From NCBI RefSeq assembly GCF_009914755.1, contig NC_060925.1: 64,000 bases of DNA. The stretch is one strand, 5' to 3'. Shown here in pieces: positions 13,161-25,059 of the stretch. The position numbers were made by a program, and so were the translations under genes. The stretch comes from the human T2T-CHM13v2.0 reference genome, Homo sapiens. Position 1 is the stretch's first letter, and each line of letters starts with the position of its first letter. A model generated the notes under the pieces. It was not told the DNA's origin. It ran no database searches and worked only from the letters and a program-made list of their open reading frames with translations.

Positions 13161-14589
13161 TCTCTTTCTTTTGGAATGACTGCCTGCAGTAGACAAATGA
13201 ATGGGTTCTCTATGTATAACTTACCTGAACCAATATGGCATTGGTTTCCTCTGGATGTGGCAGAGGTTTAAAGCTGACCCTTTTTTAGAGATATTTTTGT
13301 GGGTTCCTTAGAAAATTCCTTCATCACGAGGATTTCTGGTCTCTACATTCCTTGACATATACAAGTATATTTCCACTAGCCCATCAATCAAGATTGCTTT
13401 CACATCTCCTGGTCATTTGGCAATACTCTTCTCACCTCTTTCAGCTGAAGTCCATTTGCCCCGTCTTTTGAACCTCTTTGCAGGATCTAAACCAACTCTG
13501 GCCAAATTTCTCCTATGCACATAGAACATGTGCCCCATTTGATCTGCCATCAGTAGGAGTGCAGTTATTTTCAATTATACCCTGCTTTTCATTTAGCTGC
13601 ACAGCAGGTAGTTTAGCTACAGCCTTTTGCCCTTTTAAAATTCTCACTTGCAAGTCTGACCCTCATCCAGTATGTCACTAGACTGCTGGGAATACAATCA
13701 ACCTAGTTGAGTTATCTCTTTGAAATGACTCTCACCAAAATTAAGGTCAGAAGACAGTCATCCCACCCCAAGCCCCTAGGGAGATGGCACTCATAGCAGT
13801 GCTCTTGTCAAAGAAATACTTTAATTCCCAACTTAACTGTGGGCTTTTCCAAATTCTCTGACAGGCTGGAGATGGTTGTCAGATAAGAGCAGTAAAGCAG
13901 ACAAATTCTTGCTCCCTTTCTCGGCAAGTTAATATGGTCTTTCACCTCATGTTAAAATATTGGTTTCATTTTGAGATAGAGACAAGCCAATATTGAGATA
14001 GAGTTTAATTTTATATATTAGTGGGCACTGTGTATATGTGTGTGTGTTTAATGTAGAAGACTGATTTTATTTACCCTCCACATAATGAGGTACCAAACCG
14101 ATGCATGAGAAGATTCACTACTGAAATGATGCATGGCTTCCAGTGGTTTTCTGTGTTTACAAACCTATGAAACATGCTGATCTCTTGCTAGTGTCTGCTA
14201 GGCCAATTCCAAGCAAGAGCTGTGAGTAAGCTTTGTTAGGAATATAGCAGGGCAGAAAAACAAAGAATGAATAAATGGGGTACAAATGGAAGACAACAAT
14301 ACTACTGGGCTCAAATTCCAAGTTCTTACCTTAAGGAAATGTAAAAGGAATTCACTTAAATTCCATGGAGAAAAATCATAAACTTTTTAAGGATTATCTC
14401 AAAAATCAGGTAATAATTCATATTCACAAGATGGCTAGGAAGAGTAAACACAATAATATAAATAAAAGTATTCTATAGAATGCAAAATGCAGCCTTTATG
14501 GACATTAGAAATCCTGGCATGCTCTTATGCACAGGGAAGAACTGCTGAAGATATTAAATAAATGAAGACAAAATATGATAATCTGATAA

Positions 14590-14720
14590 AAATATATGTG
14601 ATGGATTGGAGTAAGTGCAGACTGGAGGCAGGGAAACCAGTTGGGAAGCCATTATAATATTTTATTCATATAATAACAAGTAATATATAAATAGGGGTAG
14701 AAATTAGAGAGAAAGAAAAT
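14590..14720 (-). mobile_element. L2 fragment
   Basis: GATGGATTGGAG...AGACTGGAGGCAGGGAAACCAGTTGGGAAGCCATT, typical of antisense L2. Confidence 0.6.
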
Positions 14721-14804
14721 ACGCTATTCATTTGTGCAGAAACAGAAAATGCAATAGAGGATAGACCTTACAATATTTCTTGGATAATTTGGTGTCATCT
14801 AAAC

Positions 14805-15400
14805 GTTACAGACCACAGGCTCTTAGGCTCCCCATGTAATGGCAATTAATACGGGGCCAGGCTGATTTCCCAGATAAGGCTTTTATTTGTGGCTTGTACT
14901 CAAATGCAAGGGAGACAGCAGAGGTGCAAGGGTTCTCTGGCTGGCTCCCCAAAAAGAGTCAGTAGGGATTTTTATATCTGCAAAGTATGGGAATTCACAT
15001 CAGGGGTAAGATATGCAGGCTGGGCTGGTCAAAGCACATGAAGAGTAGGGGATGCAGGTCAGTAAGTGGTTGTGGTGGTTCTCTTGAGCAATGAGCCACC
15101 TGGTGGTCTGGTTAGCAGCAACAAGGCTGTGAATAAATTGTTCAGCATTCCTTCCCAAGGTGGGACACTCTGGAACCTTGAATCGATTTTGGATCTCCTA
15201 AGGCCAGTTTTTGAAATTCTTTAAGTAAACGTCATGACTAAACATTACGGGAACACAAAAGAATGATATAGATTGGCTATTTTCTTTGTGTGACTATTAA
15301 CGGGTATGACATCAGTGAGGTAGTGGTGTGGGTTTTGTGATCCGTGGGAATGCTCTAGCTGGGGTGAGCTAAAGCCAAGCCCTGTCCTTACTTTGTCTCC
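14805..15400 (-). mobile_element. ERV solo LTR, LTR62/LTR64-like
   Basis: Minus strand begins GAGACAAAGTAAGGACAGGGCTTGGCTTTAGCTCACCCC...CATTCCCACGGATCACAAAACCCACACCACTACCTCACTGA, has AATAAA near its 3' end and ends ...TGTAAC. About 600 bp. Confidence 0.7.
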
Positions 15401-15469
15401 AAATGCTCACAATGTGTTTGAAAGTATGCTATGAGCTACAGCAAAGGGAGTGAACAGATAAAGTTGCCA

Positions 15470-15900
15470 TCTCACAGGTACTCCTTTACCACTCACTATC
15501 CACTAATGTGTTTGCAGCTTCCCAGTGGAAACCCTAGATCTCTTTATGGCCACAGAAAGTGTTTGGTCCATGCTTGGGACAAGTTGAAAGCATCTAGGAA
15601 TTAGTGCAGCATGCAATAGCCCTCATCCAATATGAGAGGGACATTGGTGAATAAAAAGCCAGTCCTCTGCACTCAGTGAATGGGTAACCCTGAAGGCTTT
15701 CTAGGCTGTCTTCCAGCATTTGTGCAGGTTGCCCTGACAATAACCTGCCAATAAAAGCTGCCAATATTGACTTCCTTCCCTCCCATGTTTCATTTCCTCA
15801 TTCCCCTACCAGTGTTGTCTAATATCACTTCTTAAGTAAATTAACTACCTGCATCCAAAGCTTATATTAGGGTCTAATTCTGAGGAACACAATCTGTGAT
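15470..15900 (+). mobile_element. ERVL LTR, LTR16-group
   Basis: CTTCCTTCCCTCCCATGTTTCATTTCCTCATTCCCCTACCAGTG...AACTACCTGCATCCAAAGCTT...AGGGTCT...TCTGAGGAAC matches the LTR16 3' end. Confidence 0.65.
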
Positions 15901-17820
15901 GATGAGAGATGAGGGATGGCATCCCCTGATTCCTGATCTTAAGGTGTCTCTATAATTTACTAGAGGGGTAAGAGTAATTCGTTGCTTCTTCTCTTATATT
16001 TAGTTGTTTATCCATCTTAATAGATCATAATTTCCTTGGGAAAAGAATCTATGTATTACTCACCTGTGGCTTCTTTAGCAAGTGGCATATTGTGTTGCCC
16101 AGAAAAATGCACAGTAGTATTTGTTGAAAGGACAAGCTATAAAGAACTAAAAAGCTTCTTTACTACAAGCACTGCTCTGGGGTTGCTGTAATAAACTGAT
16201 AACCTTTGCATTCAAACCTTTCTCACATGATTTTCCTGCTGGGCTAGTGTACTTTATTCAGGAAATGGACTTTCCTATGCTTTCTTTTGAATCTAGGCAA
16301 TATTATTGTTATGCATATGCAGGAACTCAACAGAACAAAACACACAACTGCCCAGAGTTAGGTTGATAGCAGATTAATCATAGCTCTTTTTCTGTGGCCT
16401 TTAGTACATATTGACAAAGTCATAAGTTAAAGCCAGACTTTCAAATGTAAAGCAAAATTGTTTCCTATTACTGACTAAACGATTGTTGTGTTAGGCATTT
16501 CAGACTGATAGTTCATTCTTCAGTGATTGGTTTACTGTTCTATGCATGCACTTTCAGGAATACATCCAAATTCCAACAGGAAAACAAGCCTTACTGTGAC
16601 TTGAATGAAGCTGGAATTCTATTCTTAGTTGAGGACACTAATGTGAACATAAAACAGATTTAGAACCCCAAATTGGCAGAAAGTATTCCCTAAAGATTAC
16701 TCAGTACAGTCTGCCATATGCAGCAATCTCTCAATTCATGTGCTTTCTTTGCTTGATTGAGAGCTGGCTAACGAGGTGGCAGCAATCCAGTCAGTTGATA
16801 TGAAGAACAGAAACACCATGCACACAGGTCTACAACACGAAGACGTTCTTCAGATGATTGTTTTACCTTCAGACAATAAAATTATGCTAATATATTTAGC
16901 AAAATATAATTTAAAATAAGAGAAAATAAAGTTGAATATGACATATATAAGTTTTATTTAATAGGCTATAAATCTAGCATATGTGTGAAATAATCATTTC
17001 TAATCACCTCACTACAAAGAAAGAACAATATTTATTTATAGGTTGTTTTATGGTTAGATGATCCTTTTTAAAAAAGCAGGCAAATGAATACATTGACAAT
17101 TCTACTTTCCAATGGGTTGGAAAAAATATTATTTTTCTATCAGAGTAAATTTTTAGGGTTGGACAACCTCTGTAGGCATGCTGGACCACTCCTCATGATA
17201 GAAGTACCTGAAGCTGTTTCCAGGATCAGCAGGTCTCTGCAGCTTTTCCTGAAGATACAAGGTTGCTGAATGGCCCAGGTATAGTGTCTAACCTCCTATT
17301 TCCATAGTCTCACAAAAGTGCTGTGCTCATCTGAAGTCGGATTAGTGGCCCCGTTCCTGCATCCTTAGGCTGCAGTCATTAAGGAACCACTGCGGCCTCT
17401 CTGCAGCTGGCTCAGAGCATGTGGGATTTTTCCCAGGGTCTTTTTATAAGTGCAACTAGTTGAAAAGTGAATTTTCTCTTGCAGTATGCATCCAAACAGA
17501 GTAAGTGAGGTGGAAAAGGGAGCAAATCACTTAGTTTTCTGTGAAAACTTAGAGTATATTATCAAAGCTTAAACCCATAATTGACTTTCTTGTCCACACT
17601 TTCTTAAAAGCCTTAACATATCATAGTTAGGGGGAAAGGCTTTTATCTTGACAGTAGAACTGGAAGAGAAGTGTTACTAGAGAGGAGAGGGAAAAGGTCA
17701 GAATTCTTGGTTTTACTTAAGTGAAAAATTATTCACTAAGGAGTAGAGACTTCCTTTTAGAAAACTACAGAGTCATTCTTTCAGCTGTGTCATTTTGTAG
17801 TCGTTGTACTGAGCTTTAAT

Positions 17821-17916
17821 TTTCTTTCTTTCTTTCTTTCTTTTTTTTTTTTTTTTTTTTTGAGACAGAGTCTCCCTCTGTCACCCAGGCTGGAGTGCAG
17901 TGTTGCAATCTCGGCT
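17821..17916 (-). mobile_element. Alu 3' stub (tail plus ~55 bp of right arm)
   Basis: (TTTC)n and poly-T followed by GAGACAGAGTCTCCCTCTGTCACCCAGGCTGGAGTGCAGTG...TCTCGGCT. Confidence 0.9.
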
Positions 17917-19194
17917 GCCCAGGCTGGAAGATGAGGCTGAAATTTCTATGTATTCCAGTGTTACACATATCAATTTTTATCCAGCTGGTAAATGTTTGAG
18001 TTTGGATTTATTAAAGTTAACTTGTATAAGAGAACCTTTTCTAGGGACTTATGTTCACTTAATAAAAGTTAAAAATTAAATTTGAGTGATGTAGACAGTC
18101 CAATTATATCATAGTCATAGAGTTAACATAAGTTTTGAGCCAAAAGCATTTTCAAAAATTATGCATTATAAATTTATAATTGAAAAAATCAGAAATTTAT
18201 AGCCCAATATAATTAAGTGATTTCCTGGGTGATAACAAAACCAGAGTTAGAAACTTGATTCTCAAGCAAGCTTTCTGCCCCTTTCTGTCTGAAAGGTGAC
18301 AGAAAAAAAGTTACTGTCTATGGGACATAATTTTTTCTCTCACTTTGTATGCAAGACTTAGGGAAATTTAGAAATTCTGAATATTGTATTAAGAAATGGT
18401 GAATTTCTACTTAGAATCCATGTTGTTTAGAGATTAAACTAGTAATTACAAAGGAATGGATGGTATAGGCTTCCACAGAAGGTCATGACTGATCCACGAA
18501 AGAGCAAAGCCTGACATTTTATCTCCATGAATGTGGGAGAATGAAGATACTATGAGATTCAGGGAGAAAGAATTATAATATAATGATATCCTTAGGCTAA
18601 AGAGTTAGCGGGACATCCCTGAAGTGCTACCTATACAGTTTCCATAATATCCGTCCAATTATGAACATTTTAAGAAACTCATGTGGGTAGAGAAGTCAAA
18701 TTTCCAAAACCAAGATTAGTGATTTTATGGCACATGGCTCACCATAAAGAAACACATGAACACACACATAGACATATACATAAAAATGTACACACACATG
18801 CGGACACATATATAACAGAAGCAAATAAGATTTTGTTTTAGCAGATTACCCCACTATTATGGTAACTTGTTATTAATCATAACTCATTCTCTGTTTTAGT
18901 GTTGAGTGTTCTTTGCCTTCAGGAGTGGTTTACAGAGAGTATTGCCAGTTGACAAGAATATGTATTTTCCGAGGTATTTAAGTTGGAGGTAAATTTATGT
19001 AAAGTGGGAGATTGCAGAATATTAAGAAATTTTTTTTAAAAAATTTCAATAATTAATACTTGCACAATTGTTTATAGTTTATCCAATGGTTTGATGTGCA
19101 GAATCTTATCTAAAGAATCAGGGTCAATGTACAGCCATTGCTCAGGGAAGAAACACTAATTGATATGTTGACATGTATTCTGTTAATTTGGTAC

Positions 19195-19283
19195 CCTCCT
19201 CCCTCCCTCCCTTCCCTCCCTCCCTTCCCTCCTCCCTTCCTTCTTTCCTTCCTTCCTCCCTTCTTTCCTTACTTCCTTTCCTT
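19195..19283 (+). repeat. (CCCT)n/(CCTT)n low-complexity repeat
   Basis: Pyrimidine tract seen directly. Confidence 0.9.
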
Positions 19284-19399
19284 CTGCTTACTATGGCTTG
19301 CTCAATGAAGATGAGCAAAGAACTCCAGTGTTCCCGATAAATATGCCAAACTGCAGTGCTCTTTGTTGTGATCAGCATTTTTAAAGGTAGGTTTAAAAA

Positions 19400-19690
19400 T
19401 TCAGATTGAAGCAAAGCTCATACTTTATAGAGAAGTGGTAGCAGTGACAGCCTCAAATTGTGAGATTTGGCCCAAGTAATTCAAATCACATGTTTTAATC
19501 TCAGTTTTATTTGCATGGGCTACAGGCTATAATTAACATCAAGTGGCAAGACAGGATCACATACAGTAGAGTCCTGGAGTACAGTCAGGTCACCAACATT
19601 GAAACAAGCTTTCTGCTACTTAACTATTCAAGACTAGGTCTCTGTGGCCACAGAGAAATGACTAAGGGAGTATTTAATGACCAATTATGT
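19400..19690 (+). mobile_element. Ancient RTE-clade LINE RT C-terminal remnant (MamRTE1/L4-type)
   Basis: Translates KLILYREVVAVTASNCEIWP, then QFYLHGLQAIINIKWQDRITYSRVLEYSQVTNIET. Compare RTE pattern KL.VYRAVV..LLYGCETW...RFH.RCLR.IL.I.WQD.ITN.EVL......IE. Confidence 0.75.
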
Positions 19691-19919
19691 GAGGAGGATA
19701 AAGAGGGGTGGACTTTCACCACTAAATGTAGTGGTAAGTGAGATTGTATTTTATTTTGATACCTTCTAACTTCTTTTTCAATGCTTGATGCCTAAATTAT
19801 TTTGTAATCTGGCCTTTGCCAACTTAACTTCTCATAGAATTCTACCATATACCCAAGGCATACAGACATAACATGAAAACTCCCTGCCAAAAACAAAACA
19901 AATTCTACTTCATAGGTAA

Positions 19920-20580
19920 GAATGTTTCACACATGCTCCTTCTTTTCAATAACTCTCTATATTCTGGAACTAATGCTTAATCATCCTCAATAATCAACTC
20001 AATTGTTGCCACTCCTGGAATGGTTTTCCCAAGCATGCCCCAGGCTGAGTTAGGTTCTGCTATGATTTGAATGCTTCTGTTACCCCAAAATTCTTATTTT
20101 GAAATGTAACCTTCAAGGTAATGTTATTATGAGGTGGGACTTTTCAGAGGTGATTATGTCATGAGGGCAGAGCCCTCACGAATCCAATCGGTGCCCTTAT
20201 AAGAGCGAGAGGCCAAAAAGAGTCTGTTCATCTTTTCCACCTTGTGAAGACACTGAGAAAAAGCAGCCATCTATGATCCAGAAAAATGGGAACTTACCAG
20301 ACATTGAATCTGCCAGCACATTGACCTTGGATGTCCCAGTCTCCAGAACTGTAAGAAATAAATTTCTGTTGTTCATAAGCCACCCAATTTATGGTATTTT
20401 GCTATAGTAGCCAAGTAAACTAACAGAGGTTCGCTGCTTTTATTGCATTTATGGCACTGAACCATTCTTATCTAAGTGTAACTACAAATCTGAGTTTTTC
20501 TATTACTTCTCTATTATTATTTTATAGCATACTGTCTGACATATATAAAGGGACCTATAAGTGCCTATCTAATAAATTCA
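19920..20580 (+). mobile_element. L2 3' remnant split by an MLT1A0 LTR
   Basis: CACATGCTCCTTC...CCCCAGGCTGAGTTAGG, resuming after the LTR to ...AGCATACTGTCTGACATATA...AATAAAT. Confidence 0.5.
20058..20427 (+). mobile_element. MaLR solo LTR, MLT1A0-like
   Basis: TGCTATGATTTGAATG...CTCCAGAACTGTAAGAAATAAATTTCTGTTG...AACTAACAGA. Perfect TSD GGTTC at 20053-20057 and 20428-20432. Confidence 0.88.
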
Positions 20581-20584
20581 TGAG

Positions 20585-20903
<319 letters not shown>

Positions 20904-21749
20904 TACATACTCCCTCCTTCTTCTGTACAGTCCCATTCTTCTGTGCCAAATACCTAAATTGTGTTCAGTTCATACAAGTTGTTTCTAGATCAAAAGTTAT
21001 AAGCCTTCATATATCTAAGCAGTATGCATATTTCAGACTTAGGGTACTTTTGAAGTTTGGAAAGTCTCTAAAAAAGAAATGATAGATGAGACTTGGAATA
21101 TTTTTGAAGTGGTGGCATTTGCAAGCTCGTTTTCTTTAATCTGTAAAGCAGAGGGTAAATTTCTATCTTCCAAATGAATTGTTGTAATTACTGAATTCAG
21201 ATTGAATGACACTGTGTCCTCTCAGAAACAACTCATCCTCAGAGGATGCCTGAGGTAATCTGTAGATAATTGCTTCTAGCTGGGTTGGTTTAATCATATG
21301 CACGCCTTGGGCCCCAGACCCTAGCTCTTGAAATGTTAGTTGCTCCTCAAGAGCCTTCTTCATTGCTTTAATGGGATGTGAATGAGATTATCTCTCAGGA
21401 CTGCTCTTCCTGGTACTGTATCCACGTGCTGCATAATTGAATCTGCAAGTGGTTTTGGTAGGACTAAATCAAACCGTAGAGATTCTACAGGGTGTGTTTC
21501 TTATGTACTGTAATCTATTGCCAGGAATTCTTTGTCAGTGACATTTGAAATCTGCCCTTAATATTTTTGTAACATGTGGGGAAGCAGTTTCATTGATAGG
21601 GTCATTTTCTTTAGCCGTTATGAGAATCATTCAGGTTTCGCCAAAAGATATCATTGGAATATAATTTCCACAAACTGGGGAAATGCACCTTCATGTAATT
21701 GATGGGTAGTTATTACTCATTTTAAAAGTATTCAAGCTAATAAATGAAA

Positions 21750-22120
21750 AAGGGCTTATAAAGTTATGTCATCATATCACCATTTTGCAGCACTAGTAAA
21801 ATAATGTATCTAAGCAATTATCATCAATGGCTACTAATATCATGAAGACATAGGCAGCACAACATCATGCAAATTCTGATTGAAGTACAGCTATAAAATA
21901 TTCATGGCCAAACAAAATCAAGCCTGGATATGACCAAGTCTATAGCCCTAATCACCAATGAAGATAAAATATATAGGAAAATATATGCTGAATCTTGAGA
22001 ATATGATATGTAAAATGTAGGCTGTGTAACTCTTAACAAGTCAGTAAAATATAGGACAAGCAACCTAATTTTTCAAACAAATAACTTGCAGAAAAAAACT
22101 AAGAGGTACAGGAGCCTAAA
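21750..22120 (+). mobile_element. Old L1ME-type 3'UTR fragment
   Basis: CACCATTTTGCAGCACTAGTAAAATAATGTATCTAAGCAATTATCATCAATGGCTACTAA resembles the L1ME4 3' region. Confidence 0.5.
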
Positions 22121-22234
22121 GATCAATATTACCTGGGAGAGTTAAAATGTAAGTCACAAATGTAAATCACATGCTGATTTTAAATTTCCTCTTAGCCACA
22201 TTAAATTTTGAAGTGGTGAAATATGAGATTTTTC

Positions 22235-22596
22235 TTTTTGCAAGAAATTGACTTACAGGATTATGGGAACTCACTAGACAAGTCTAAGAACCAACGGGCA
22301 GCTCAGCAGGCCAGAAACTCTTGGATAGGAGCTCATACTGAAGTCTAGTGGTAGAATTTCCTCTTCCTCTCAGTTTTACTATTAAGCCCTTACAACTGAC
22401 TGGGTGAGGCGTACTCAGATTATTTAGGATAGAATAGTCTTCTCTACTAAGTCAAATTTTTGCGTATGCTAATGACATTTATAAAATACATTTACAGCAC
22501 ACCTAGATTAATACTGAATTAAAAAACTGGACACTACAGCCTAGTCAAGTTGACACATAAAACTAGCCAAGTTGATACATAAAACTAGCCATCATA
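22235..22596 (-). mobile_element. ERVL LTR, MLT2 (MLT2D-like)
   Basis: AACTGACTGGGTGAGGC...CACCTAGATTA...AGCCTAGTCAAGTTGACACATAAAACTAGCCA. Its terminal 22 bp are tandemly duplicated (~22541-22590). Confidence 0.75.
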
Positions 22597-22599
22597 CTA

Positions 22600-23000
22600 A
22601 CAAACCATTTATGGGGAAGTAGTATTGATAGACTGAAATTTGGGTTCTAGAGTTACTCATTGCTATTAGTTGGTTACTGTTTATAGGTCCTTTTAGCAGA
22701 CAGAGTTAGAAAATACATATTTTTTAAAAGATAAAATAGGTTTAAACTGATACTTCATATTCAAATTCAGAACCGTATGCTTCTATTTAACCTTACAAAT
22801 TTTACTGTACATTTTATCTTCTTTCTGTTACAATGGTCATCCCAATTACTGCATTAGCATGGAGAAATATTCATTTCCTTCATCCACAAATACACACTTA
22901 GCTTTAGAATCACTATCCCAAACCTACCACCAAGAATGTGATTACTGAATCTATTTACAAATATTTATTGCAGTGCTTTAGGTCCTTGGAATATATCTCA
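22600..23000 (-). mobile_element. Old L1MC-type 3'UTR fragment
   Basis: CTCATTGCTA...TAGGTCCTTTTAGCAGACAGAGTTAGAAAATA...CTGATACTTCATATTCAAATTCAG. Confidence 0.55.
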
Positions 23001-23582
23001 TTATGGATGTGCAGTCAAAACACTGTGAAAAAAAAAAGCTTAATTTTTTGAGTAATGTTAGGTTCACAGCAAAATTGACCAGAAAGTACAGAGACTTTTC
23101 ATGTCTCAACCTCACTATTGTGTGTATGGGTTGGAAGGAGGAAGTACACTGTTGACATCCTGCATCAGAGTGATACATTTGTTACAAACAATGAGCCTAC
23201 ATCTATAAATCATTATCACTCAAAGCCCATAGCATATATTAGAGTTTACTCTTGATGTTGTACACCCTATGGGTTTGACAAATGTACAATGATATGTATC
23301 CACCACTGTAGTATTGTACATAATAGTTTCACTACCCTAAAAATACCCTTTGCTCTGCTTATTCATCTATCTCCCCCTCCAATCCTTGGCAACCACTTAT
23401 TTTTTTATTACATTCATAGTTTAGACTTTTCCAGATTTCATATAGTTGGAATCATGCAGTATGTAGTCTTTTCAGATCGGCTTTTTTAAAACTTAATATT
23501 CACTTAATAATACACATTTGCATTTCCTTTATGTTTTTCATGGCTTAATAGCTCATTTTTTTAATGCCTAATAATATTCCGT

Positions 23583-25059
23583 TGTATTAATTGTTGTCTT
23601 TCAGAGAAACAGAACCAATTATATTCTGCAATTTACAAATCCTTTCCCTCTCTCTCTCTCTCTCTCTCTCTGTCTGTCTCTATTTCTCTCTCAATTATAC
23701 GTAGATGATTAATGTTGTTATGGAAGCTGGAGGCTGAGAAGTCCCATTATCTGCCACCAGTACGAGCCAGAATCCCAGGAAAACTCATGGTATAATTTCA
23801 ACCTGAATCCAGAAGCCTGAGAACGAGGAGAGCCACTGATATAAAGAATCCTATACTGACAAAGAAGACTTCTTTAACACTGACAAAGAAGATTCACCAG
23901 AATTTAGGGCTCAATGTTTCCAGCTTCATCAAGGTCTTCCAACACATCTCTGTGGCAATTATAGGATAGCATTTTTTTTTGCTCAATAAGTACTCTCATG
24001 TTAAAATACACATCTTGTGAGTCTGTGAGTTCAACTTGTATTGTAATTTAACCACTTAGAAGATGAGATTTTGTGTTTGATTTTCAGCTACTCAGCCCTA
24101 AGTCTATAGGAGATAAGGCTCTGTTTAAAAGCAATGATAGAAGTTTTCAGGTTATTTATGTGGTGCTTGAGTTGGAAATTTGTATCCCTGAGCTCACTCT
24201 TTTCTTTGACACTTTGTCCAGCCATATAAGTAGCAACAAAATGATCTATCTCATTAAATTCATGATTTTTAAAGAAATGTTCAAAATATCATATACCATT
24301 TTCTAGCTTCTGGCTTTTTGTACATAGTTGCTTAGGAACATCAAATAGAGATTTGGCATATTTCTATTGCCATATTGTATATAATAGTTCATATCCATGA
24401 ACTATTAGTGCCCTCTTTGCAACTGGAAATATAATTATAGCATCTCAACTTTAATCAGAAAAGGAAGCCAATATGGAATATTGGGGTTTATGGAAACCCC
24501 AAATATCAATTCAAAAAGCTCGTTTTCAATATTTTGTTACGCTAAAGCCACCTTTGGTTCCAAAACCACTGTATCTATATATCTATATCTGTATGTATAT
24601 ATATACTGAGATTTTAAATATATACTGAGAAGTCCCATTATCTATAGTTGGAGACACAAGAGATCCTGTAGTATAGTGTCAGTCTGAATTCAAAGGCTTA
24701 AGAACCAGCAGAAGTGCTGGTATCAGTTACAGTCTGAGTCTGAAGGCCTGAGGACTGGGAGCACTGATGGTGTAAGTTCCAGTCCAAGGGTAGGAGGAGA
24801 CAAATGTACCAGCACCATCAGGCAGGCATAGAGAGTGGAAATTCTCCCTTTCTGTGCTTTTTAAATTTTATTCACACCCTCAATGGATTGAATGATGCCC
24901 ATTCACATTGGCGATGTTAATGTGCTTTATATAGTCCACAAATTTAATGCTAATTTTATTCAGAAACACCCTCACAGACACACCCAGAAAGAATTTTTAA
25001 CCAAATATCTGGGGCACCATATGATCTAGTCAAATTAATACATGAAATTAACCATCAGA
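23583..25059 (-). mobile_element. ERVL provirus remnant: MLT2B-like 5' LTR (~24573-25059), PBS and gag 5' part (~23845-24570), partial 3' LTR (~23583-23845)
   Basis: Two MLT2-like segments each carry CTGAGAAGTCCCATTATCT. A minus-strand PBS-like GGTTTTGGAACCAAAGGTGG sits at 24548-24567. Gag-like translation LDKVSKKRVS..AENQTQNLI...DVLEDLDEAG. Flanks TCCGT/TTCAT. Confidence 0.8.

Noticed and set aside
17177-17278. Possible plus-strand exon (TGTAG|GCATG...CCCAG|GTATAG)
   Set aside because: Both splice sites are weak and no product is recognisable.
18923-18973. Possible 51-nt plus-strand exon (CTTTGCCTTCAG...GAG|GTATTT)
   Set aside because: Weak donor, unrecognised peptide and no other support.
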